Origin: a virus
Direction: 5' to 3' (one strand)
DNA: 64,000 nucleotides
Virus record (IMG/VR): IMGVR_UViG_3300028394_000040
The translations under genes and the position numbers were made by a program. The first letter of the stretch is position 1. Each line of letters opens with the position of its first letter. This document shows, in pieces, positions 55,968 to 64,000 of this stretch. The notes beneath the pieces were generated by a model. That model was not told the DNA's origin and did not search any database. It saw nothing but the letters and a program-made list of their open reading frames with translations.

Positions 55968-58066
55968 TATTGTATGTTATTGCGTTGTAATATTTCTTCT
56001 AATGCTGTGTTTTTAGCGGAAAGTTCTTTTATTGCTTCAATTAGTACAGGTACTATATCTGAGTAAGCTATAGTTTTAGTTCCGAATTCATCATCGCCTG
56101 TTGTTACTACTTGAGGCAATATTTCTTCTACATCTTGAGCAATAAGTCCTAAATGATTATTGTCATCTAAATTTAGATCTGGTCTTAAAGTTTTATCCCA
56201 ATTAAAGGTTATCCCATTTAATTGCTTTATTTTATCTAATCCATTTATAACAGGTGTAACATCTTTTTTAAGTCTACCGTCCGAAACGTTGTTCCAGTTA
56301 GATAAACCTGCTGCTGTACCATTAGCAAATAATCTATACCCTAAATTTGTTGATGTACCTATTAAAAAATTACCGCCACCATTTAAAGCTATAATATGGT
56401 TAGTAGAATATTCCTGTAGATACAAAATACCATTACCTGTTCTGTAAATTTGGTTTTCAGTAAAACCTATACATGAACCAGCATTTGAATTTTTACCTAT
56501 TGTTGTAGGATTATTTAAATCAACACCGCCGCCGTTTATAGTCATTGCAACAGTTTGTACTTCAGCAGATAGATTAGCAAAGTTACCAGAGTCACCACCT
56601 GCTTTAGTATACGTTGATGTACCTAATGCTAATCCACCTCCGTAAACTGCTCTAATCCATCCAGAAGTTGCAGTTGAAATAGCCGAAGATGTAATTGCTT
56701 CAAAAGTTGCAGTATTACTATTATTTTGTAATGTACCAACTCTTATTCTTTGGCTACCTCCTGCTGTAGAAACTTCAAGTAAGTATGATGGAGTAGTTGA
56801 TGCTCCAATCCCTATGTTACTTTGGTAAAGTACCATTGCAGTGGTTAGTACACTACTTTGTAGAGTTTTTAAATACAAAACACCGCCTGTTCCTGCATAT
56901 TTTCCTCCTTGTATTTGAGCTTTAATTGTACCTATATCTGCCCTGAAATTTAGGAAAGTATCACCCCCACCATTATCTCCTGATATGTTTAAAGTAGCAT
57001 TTGCAGTTGGGGAACCTATTGTAACATCATTACTAAACGTGGCGGCACCTGAAGAGGAAATGGAAAGTCTTGTAGTTGCATTTGTTTGCAAATTTAATGG
57101 TATAGCAGCTTGGGTTGCTAATACAACCGCAGAAGAATTTGCATAGATATATCCATAATCAACATTACTCCCTTTTAAATAAATTTCACTACCTGTAGTT
57201 CCGTTTATATTTAATGCAGTATAATTTGGGGAAGCACTTAATGTAGTAGTCCCAATACCAACATTACCGCTAGAACTGACAAACAAGCCATTCGCATTCA
57301 CTCTTAAACTACCGCTTATTACATGATTATCGGTTAAAGCATTTCCTATATTTACTCCACCGGCACTAACTTGAAATTCAGTACCGTTAGTGTTTACAGA
57401 CAAGCTACCGGTTATACCAACGCTACCAGTTAATTCTTGAACGTTAGATAAAGAAGAACCGATCTTATTGCTGCCGGTAGAAAATAAAACGCTAGAAGTA
57501 ACTGTTTGTACGATTAACGTCTGTGCAGTTATATTACCGGAATACAAAGCATTAGAAGCTGTTATGTTTCCTGTTAAAGCTATTGAGCCGGTAATTATTT
57601 GATCGCTTTTAAACGAGTTAGATCCTGTAGTGGCATAGCTACCGGTTTGTACCGTAAGGCTAGTTACTCTAGTTGAGAAAGATGCACTAGCAGCTTCTAA
57701 CGTAGTAGTTCTAGTAGAAAAGCTAGAAGAAGCTGAAATCAAGGTACTTCCTGTTGCTTCAATATTAGTAGTTCTAGTTGAAAAGCTAGAAGAAGCTGCA
57801 GTCAAGGTACTTCCTGTTGCTTCAATATTAGTAGTTCTAGTTGAAAAGCTAGAAGAAGCTGCAGTCAAGGTACTCCCGGTAGCTTCGTTATTAGTTACCC
57901 TAGTAGAAAAGCTAGAAGAAGCTGCAGTCAAGGTACTCCCGGTAGCTTCGTTATTAGTTATTCTAGAAGAAAAAGATGCAGAATAAGCGGCAGAGCCGGT
58001 TATGTTCGAAACATCAGATCCGTTTAGCGATATTGAGCCGGTAAGTACAGCGTTATGTATTAACAT
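55967..58066 (-). CDS. Tail fibre/RBP 4 with coiled-coil repeats and S74 chaperone
   Basis: 21-aa repeats; shared module; SDGRLKKD..GLIAQDV. Confidence 0.85.
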   Translation of the reverse strand: MLIHNAVLTGSISLNGSDVSNITGSAAYSASFSSRITNNEATGSTLTAASSSFSTRVTNNEATGSTLTAASSSFSTRTTNIEATGSTLTAASSSFSTRTTNIEATGSTLISASSSFSTRTTTLEAASASFSTRVTSLTVQTGSYATTGSNSFKSDQIITGSIALTGNITASNALYSGNITAQTLIVQTVTSSVLFSTGSNKIGSSLSNVQELTGSVGITGSLSVNTNGTEFQVSAGGVNIGNALTDNHVISGSLRVNANGLFVSSSGNVGIGTTTLSASPNYTALNINGTTGSEIYLKGSNVDYGYIYANSSAVVLATQAAIPLNLQTNATTRLSISSSGAATFSNDVTIGSPTANATLNISGDNGGGDTFLNFRADIGTIKAQIQGGKYAGTGGVLYLKTLQSSVLTTAMVLYQSNIGIGASTTPSYLLEVSTAGGSQRIRVGTLQNNSNTATFEAITSSAISTATSGWIRAVYGGGLALGTSTYTKAGGDSGNFANLSAEVQTVAMTINGGGVDLNNPTTIGKNSNAGSCIGFTENQIYRTGNGILYLQEYSTNHIIALNGGGNFLIGTSTNLGYRLFANGTAAGLSNWNNVSDGRLKKDVTPVINGLDKIKQLNGITFNWDKTLRPDLNLDDNNHLGLIAQDVEEILPQVVTTGDDEFGTKTIAYSDIVPVLIEAIKELSAKNTALEEILQRNNIQ
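57665..57965. repeat. 63-bp coding tandem repeat (EATGSTLTAASSSFSTRTTNI)
   Basis: About 4.5 near-identical units; boundaries approximate. Confidence 0.85.
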
Positions 58067-59719
58067 TTATTGTATATTGTTACGTTGTAGTATTTCTTTT
58101 AATGTATCGTTTTCCGATTTGAGTTCTTTTATTGCTTCAATTAAAACTGGGACTATATCAGAATAAGTGATGGTTTTAGTTTGTATTTCATCTTCACTTG
58201 TTGTTACAACTTGTGGTAATATTTCTTCCACATCTTGAGCAATTAATCCTAAATGATTTTTGTCGTCTACATTCAAATCAGGTCTTAAAGTTTTATCCCA
58301 ATTAAAAGATATTCCATTTAATTGTTTTATTTTATGTAATGCATTTTCAATAGGAATAATATCTTTTTTAAGTCTCCTGTCTGATACGTTTGCAAAACCA
58401 GATGTACCAGCAGCGCTACCATTTACATAGAGTAAATACCCCCCATCAGCAGTTTGACCTATAACAAGTCTTCCGTTACCAATAAGTCTCATTCTTTCAG
58501 TTCCAGCAGTTCTAAATGTAATAACTGAACCTATTCCAATAACGTTACCTGCACTTATAGTTACGTGTCCTGGGTCTGCACTTCTTTCATTACCTGATAA
58601 ATATATATGTCCCCCTCTTGTTGGACCATCACCACTTGCACCACATAAAGCTAAATAACCGTCATCAGTACCATCAGCAGTATTAATACCAATTGCTGCA
58701 TCTTTTGCCATTAATAAACTTCCCCCACTTGTAATTCGCATACGTTCAGTAGCAGTTGTTGGAGAAGAAGATGTACTTTGTGCTTGAGCTCTAAATATTA
58801 TATTACCTGCAAACGCAGACTCAATACTTAAACTATTTGAATCATTAAATAATCCCCATATATAGTAATTATTTGTATATGAATATACGTTTTCGCCAGT
58901 TGGATTTATTTGTAATCTACTAGTATTGTATACACCCAAATATTTAGTTCCATCAGAACCAATTCGCATACGTTCAGTGCCGTCGCTACTTGGATACCTA
59001 TTATTCCAAAAAGCAAAAGCATCTGTATTAGCTGGTTGACCTATTACCCAGTCTGCAACTGAATCTTGTACAAAATGAACTTGAGCTCCAGTCTGTGTTG
59101 CATTTTTTATTGTACCTATTATTCCACGAGTTGGACTAGTTGCTTCAATATGAAGTTTAGTACTTGGCGTAGTAGTCCCAATACCAACATTACCGCTAGA
59201 ACTAACGAATAGACCATTAGGGTTTACCCTCAGGCTACCGCTTATTACATGGTTGTCGGTCAATGCGTTTCCTATGTTTACTCCACCTGCATTTACTTGG
59301 AACTCTGTTCCATTAGTATTAACAGATAAAGAACCGGTTATACCTACACTACCTGTTAACTGCTGTACGTTAGAAAGAGAAGAACCGATAATATTACTGC
59401 CTGTCGTAAATAGAACGCTAGAAGTAATAGTCTGTACTATTAGCGTCTGTGCAGTTATAGACCCCAATGCCGTAACGTTATTTCTAACGTATAAAGTATC
59501 TGCCGAAGAGGCAGTCATAGCATTTGAACCTGTTAAGGCATTAACGGCATAACTAGAAGATACGGCATTTAATACGAAAGAAGAAGTTAAAGCAAAAGAA
59601 GAACTTAAAACAGAAATAGAAGCTGTTTGATTAGTAAGCAATACGTTTACCCCGTTCAAGGATATGCTAGAACCTGTTACTACAAGCGAACCTGATATTG
59701 ATGGATTATATAGTATCAT
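58067..59719 (-). CDS. Tail fibre/RBP 3 with S74 chaperone
   Basis: Shared module; SDRRLKKD..GLIAQDV. Confidence 0.85.
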   Translation of the reverse strand: MILYNPSISGSLVVTGSSISLNGVNVLLTNQTASISVLSSSFALTSSFVLNAVSSSYAVNALTGSNAMTASSADTLYVRNNVTALGSITAQTLIVQTITSSVLFTTGSNIIGSSLSNVQQLTGSVGITGSLSVNTNGTEFQVNAGGVNIGNALTDNHVISGSLRVNPNGLFVSSSGNVGIGTTTPSTKLHIEATSPTRGIIGTIKNATQTGAQVHFVQDSVADWVIGQPANTDAFAFWNNRYPSSDGTERMRIGSDGTKYLGVYNTSRLQINPTGENVYSYTNNYYIWGLFNDSNSLSIESAFAGNIIFRAQAQSTSSSPTTATERMRITSGGSLLMAKDAAIGINTADGTDDGYLALCGASGDGPTRGGHIYLSGNERSADPGHVTISAGNVIGIGSVITFRTAGTERMRLIGNGRLVIGQTADGGYLLYVNGSAAGTSGFANVSDRRLKKDIIPIENALHKIKQLNGISFNWDKTLRPDLNVDDKNHLGLIAQDVEEILPQVVTTSEDEIQTKTITYSDIVPVLIEAIKELKSENDTLKEILQRNNIQ

Positions 59720-59774
59720 CTGTTAATCTTTTTTTTATTGTACTATTGTGCGTTTTCTAATGCGTTTGTTTTAC

Positions 59775-61184
59775 TTATGCTCGTCCTGGTTGAAATAATA
59801 TAGTCCATTCAAATGCATATGTTCCATATCCATCATTTCGTACTCGTATTGCTGCTCCTGACTGGCTTAAATCTATGTTTGCTCCGTCAAATAAAGTAGT
59901 AAGTTTATAATAATCCCCGCTGTATGATTGAGCAAAAAATATTCCAGAAGCACAGAAATTAGCATTAGCTCCAACATAAGCAGCTTGTACTGTATATAAT
60001 CCCATAGTATCCATGGTGTATATAGTACCTGTTGCTCCAGAAGCTAAAGTAATCGTACCACTAAAACTTTTAAAATTAGAAGCATTTACTGTTGAAAAAT
60101 TACCTGTACCTCCTGTAATAGTACTATTTGAATAAATACTACCATTTACATTAAGTTTATTTCCATTGTCAGTTGTAGTCCCAATCAATACATTGCCCCC
60201 ACTTGTAAGAGTGAATGGTTGATTTCCAGCAGTTTCGTTATATATGAAAAGTGATGTTGTTCCTAATCCTAATTTATATTTTTGAGCAGTACCGCTAGTT
60301 TTTTCAAATGTTATCGTACCACCTTCAGTACCATTACTTGTCATATGCATCTGACCAGTACCACCACCATTATAAGTCGAAGATAAATGAAGTAGTGTTG
60401 TTGGCGAACTCGTTCCAATCCCTACGTTGCCACCTGATGCTATGGTCATGACTACTGTGTTATTGGTGGCAAACTGCAATGGGTCGGTAGCTTCTGAGCC
60501 AACCACGCTTGCGTAGGCAGAAGCACCAGTAAAGATTTGTCCACCAGCCGAACCCTCACGACCTGCGATAAACCCATGCGCACTACCAACAAGTCTAATG
60601 TAGGCATTATTTGTTGTTATGCTGCTATTAAGAAACGATACTCCACCATTACTATCTGAAGCATATACCACTCCTCCAGTTAAATCACCACTAAACGTAG
60701 CACTTGTCCCACTCAATGCTCTACTAACTAATGTAACCGTAGTTCCATCATCCGTAATTGCACTATTCCCTATCGTACCACTTGCTGTGAACTTAGGCAC
60801 ATAGTTAGCAGTACCGCTGCCTACTACAGCAGTAGTTCCGTTTATAGCTAAACTACCCGTTATTCCTACGCTTCCGGTTAACTGCTGTACATTACTTAAA
60901 GAAGAGCCAATGATATTACTGCCGGTAGTAAATAAGACAGAAGACGTTACTGTCTGTACTATTAAGGTCTGTGCGGTAATAGAACCTAACGCTGTTACGT
61001 TATTTCTTACGTATAATGTATCTGCACTAGATGCAGTCATTGCATTAGAAGACGTTAAGGCATTAAGGGAATAGCTACTTGTAGTAGCAAAGGATGCCGA
61101 AGCTATAGAACCGGAAATAGTCACTCCGCCGGTAGCTTCTAAACTACCTGATAATATTAAAGAACCTGATAATACTATTGCCAT
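59775..61184 (-). CDS. Tail fibre/RBP 2 (no S74 domain)
   Basis: Shared module; GTANYVPKF; GNVGIG repeats. Confidence 0.8.
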   Translation of the reverse strand: MAIVLSGSLILSGSLEATGGVTISGSIASASFATTSSYSLNALTSSNAMTASSADTLYVRNNVTALGSITAQTLIVQTVTSSVLFTTGSNIIGSSLSNVQQLTGSVGITGSLAINGTTAVVGSGTANYVPKFTASGTIGNSAITDDGTTVTLVSRALSGTSATFSGDLTGGVVYASDSNGGVSFLNSSITTNNAYIRLVGSAHGFIAGREGSAGGQIFTGASAYASVVGSEATDPLQFATNNTVVMTIASGGNVGIGTSSPTTLLHLSSTYNGGGTGQMHMTSNGTEGGTITFEKTSGTAQKYKLGLGTTSLFIYNETAGNQPFTLTSGGNVLIGTTTDNGNKLNVNGSIYSNSTITGGTGNFSTVNASNFKSFSGTITLASGATGTIYTMDTMGLYTVQAAYVGANANFCASGIFFAQSYSGDYYKLTTLFDGANIDLSQSGAAIRVRNDGYGTYAFEWTILFQPGRA

Positions 61185-61185
61185 G

Positions 61186-63999
61186 TTATGCTAATCTAAT
61201 TAATACAAAGTTTCCGTTTCTATATAAGCCTCCTAATGGAACACCGCCAGCTGCTGCTGCTGTATCGTCAACAAAATTCAATGATTGAGATACCTGTGTT
61301 AATAATACATAGCCAGAATTTACTGTTACGTTCTGGTTTAAGGTATTAATGAATGATGAAGTAACTGCATATGATGCAGATGTCGCCGTTAATGCATAAG
61401 AAGAACTAGTAGCTGTTACTGCATATGATGCAGATGTCGCCGTTAATGCATAAGAAGAACTAGTAGCTGTTACTGCATATGATGCCGAAGTAGCATTTGG
61501 TGCTCCGTTAATACCGGAGAAGTTAGCTACTGCTTTACCTGTTACTGCAGATGCAAAGTATAATTCTGCCGTATTAGTATCTACTGCTTTAATAGCTGCA
61601 GGAATAATTACGTAGTCAGAAGGATCGTATACTTCGAAGTTTACATACTTGGAATTTAAATTGTGAGTAAATGACCAAGTAACTGCAGCAGATGTTTGAT
61701 TTAATAATGAAGTTGAACCTGTTGCATATAACCCTCCTCCATTGGATGCTACTGCAAATCCTGTCGCTGCGTAATCGAATCTAATCTCTGCTGTATAGAG
61801 ACTAGTACCGACAATATCGTTAGGGATAAGCTGTTTATAGTCGCTTCCGTATACCTGTATTAAAGGATGTCTAGAGTTTAAATTATGAGTAAACGACCAA
61901 GTAGTAGCAGCTACTGACTGCGTAAGGAATGTAGTAAAGCCCGGTGCGTTAGAAGCAGATAATGCAAAAGTAGCAAATGATGCAGATGTTGCAAAAGAAG
62001 AAGTACCGTATAAGCTTCCAGTTATACCTGCTGTTACATATAAGCTACCTGTTATTACTGCCGAACCTGAAAATGGGAATCCAACTCCGGCAGAACCGCT
62101 GATGTATGATGCAGTTAAAGCGTAAGAAGCTGTTATTGAATTCTGTACGTAAGAAGCAGTTAAAGCATTTACTACGTAGCTAGCAGTTTGTGCATTAGCA
62201 ACGTAAGATGCTGTATAAGCATTAGCAGCTTGTGAAGCACTTATTGCATTCTGTACGTACGACGCTGTAAGTGCATTTACAACATAGCTAGCAGTTTGAG
62301 CATTAGCTACGTAAGATGCAGTTGCTGCTAAAGAAGCGCTTATTGCATTCTGTACGTAAGATGCTGTCAAAGCGTTAGTAACGTAACTAGCAGTTAATGC
62401 TGTTACTACGTAAGATGCCGTTAAAGCATTTACTACGTAGCTTGCTGTCTGTGCATTAGCTACATATGATGCTGTATATGAATTTGCCGACTGTGATGCA
62501 GATATCGCATTCTGCACGTAAGATGCAGTCAAGGAATTAACTACATACGATGCAGTCAACGCATTTACTACGTAACTTGCTGTCTGTGCATTAGCAACAT
62601 AAGATGCTGTAGTAGCTGTTCCTAATAAAGATCCTGTAAATGATAATGCTGTAACTGATCCAGTAATACCTACAGAGCCAGTAAACTCATGTGTGTTGCT
62701 TTGAAGTGAGCCGAACCTAGTTGAACCTGTTACGAATTGAACAGAAGAGGTTACCGTCTGTACTACTAAAGTTTGAGCAGTTATTGTATTTGATACAGTA
62801 ACTCCCCCTAAAACATTTAAAGAGCCTGTTAACCCATAAGAACCTGATAGCTCTTTTTTGTTAGTCCAAACTGAACCGCTCTTCATTAGTAAATCACCGT
62901 AGGAACCCGTAGTAGTATTATCCACTACATCATGAAGTTCTCCTATCTCATATCCATTATCAACTCTAACGTATATTTCACCGTTTCCTGCTGATACCTT
63001 TGTAACATATCCTAGTCTTACAGCATGTAAAGGAGCTATAGGTCTAGTAGTAGTAAAGGTACCATTTGCCCCCAGATAAAGATTGTCACCGGCTGTTAAT
63101 CCCGAGGTATTTAATCCATTAAGGATACCTTCTGTAATTACTACGCCAAATGCGTTGTTGTTTATATTAGCTGTAGCTATACCTAAAGTATTCGCTGAAG
63201 TACTATCACTAAGATAAGATGCGGTAGTTATTAATAAATTAGTTCCATCAGAGCCATATATGTGTGTAACTTGTCCTTTAAGTATATTCATAGCAGCCTT
63301 TACGGAAACTGCCGATTGAAAGGATAAGGCTGACTGCGTTACAAAAGATGAAGTCAATGCATAGGATGCTGTAAATGTGAAATCAGCAATCGATGCTGTA
63401 TACGAACTACTTACAGTCCCTTTAACATCACTACCGCTAACATAGCTTGCAGTTAAAGCATAAGATGCAGTTAACGGTACATTTAACGAGTAAGAAGCTG
63501 TTAATGCATTAGTGGCATATGAAGAACTAACTGCATTTAATACGTAAGAAGCAGTTTGTGCTGTCTTAATATAAGATGCTGTATGTGAATACGAGGCAGT
63601 TAAAGCTTGATTAGCATAAGACGCTGTATAAACATAAGAAGCAGTAACTACGTTACCTCCTTTAGATGCTACAGCTGTTCCAGTTCTATTAGAAGAGAAG
63701 TAGATTACAGCGCTACCGGTATCTATAGCATGTATTTGCTGAGGTACTATTACATTATCATTTGCGTCGTAAATAGTAAATACAGGATAAGTAGTACCTA
63801 AATTATGAGTAAAGGACCAAGTAGTAGCCGGTGTTGTTTGAAGCAATACTGCATTAGCGCTATTAGTATCACCACCTCCTCCGCCTCCAGGTATATAGAT
63901 AGAAGCTGTACCGGCAGATATTGTAGCTGTTACTCCTGCTCCATTAAAGTTGAAGAAAGAAGATGTACCTTGTAAATTACCTTCGTCAGCTATGTATAT
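61186..63999 (-). CDS. Long tail fibre 1 (partial; frame open to the right edge)
   Basis: No stop in frame between 63847 and the window end; TWSFTHNL domains, TASY repeats, shared module. Confidence 0.8.
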   Translation of the reverse strand: MYIADEGNLQGTSSFFNFNGAGVTATISAGTASIYIPGGGGGGDTNSANAVLLQTTPATTWSFTHNLGTTYPVFTIYDANDNVIVPQQIHAIDTGSAVIYFSSNRTGTAVASKGGNVVTASYVYTASYANQALTASYSHTASYIKTAQTASYVLNAVSSSYATNALTASYSLNVPLTASYALTASYVSGSDVKGTVSSSYTASIADFTFTASYALTSSFVTQSALSFQSAVSVKAAMNILKGQVTHIYGSDGTNLLITTASYLSDSTSANTLGIATANINNNAFGVVITEGILNGLNTSGLTAGDNLYLGANGTFTTTRPIAPLHAVRLGYVTKVSAGNGEIYVRVDNGYEIGELHDVVDNTTTGSYGDLLMKSGSVWTNKKELSGSYGLTGSLNVLGGVTVSNTITAQTLVVQTVTSSVQFVTGSTRFGSLQSNTHEFTGSVGITGSVTALSFTGSLLGTATTASYVANAQTASYVVNALTASYVVNSLTASYVQNAISASQSANSYTASYVANAQTASYVVNALTASYVVTALTASYVTNALTASYVQNAISASLAATASYVANAQTASYVVNALTASYVQNAISASQAANAYTASYVANAQTASYVVNALTASYVQNSITASYALTASYISGSAGVGFPFSGSAVITGSLYVTAGITGSLYGTSSFATSASFATFALSASNAPGFTTFLTQSVAATTWSFTHNLNSRHPLIQVYGSDYKQLIPNDIVGTSLYTAEIRFDYAATGFAVASNGGGLYATGSTSLLNQTSAAVTWSFTHNLNSKYVNFEVYDPSDYVIIPAAIKAVDTNTAELYFASAVTGKAVANFSGINGAPNATSASYAVTATSSSYALTATSASYAVTATSSSYALTATSASYAVTSSFINTLNQNVTVNSGYVLLTQVSQSLNFVDDTAAAAGGVPLGGLYRNGNFVLIRLA

Positions 64000-64000
64000 A

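Noticed and set aside
50380-62620. CRISPR array
   Set aside because: The repeats are in-frame coding units without unique spacers, and no cas genes are present
1113-63801. All plus-strand ORFs in the track
   Set aside because: They are antisense shadows of well-supported minus-strand genes or RNAs and carry no recognisable motifs
43866-63999. Diversity-generating retroelement or invertase shufflon
   Set aside because: No reverse transcriptase or invertase in the window, no adenine-specific TR/VR pair noticed, and all cassettes are in the same orientation

Overview
The window is an AT-rich segment of a large tailed dsDNA phage with a contractile (myovirus-type) tail. All credible genes are on the minus strand and use the standard genetic code. 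A Bacteroidota host is inferred from a DUF4494-like gene, a T9SS-CTD-like lipoprotein, TAnnTTT(A)G-type promoter-like motifs and A-rich leaders without Shine-Dalgarno sequences. In transcription order (right to left) it contains: (1) ten tandem tail-fibre/RBP genes sharing a common N-terminal module, six of them with S74 chaperone domains; (2) sheath, tube, tail chaperones, tape measure and baseplate genes; (3) a replication block with a second divergent PolA, SSB, RecA, flap nuclease, DnaB and NrdAB; (4) a 7-deazaguanine DNA-modification cluster (QueC, TGT-fold DpdA-like protein, QueF, PurN-like formyltransferase, kinase, QueD, QueE, PRTase, FolE); (5) dCTP deaminase/dUTPase, PolA and GroES/GroEL; (6) an RNA island; (7) a cluster of envelope-targeted proteins. 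The most notable observations are a preQ1-I-like riboswitch aptamer 5 nt before folE, an in-frame TGA inside folE, a tRNA-Asp-like RNA with an 89-nt variable arm, GC-rich nucleotide boxes conserved at tail-fibre module junctions, a second PolA lacking the steric-gate Glu, and a probable +1/-2 frameshift in the tail chaperone. All assignments come from reading motifs by eye; no searches were run.
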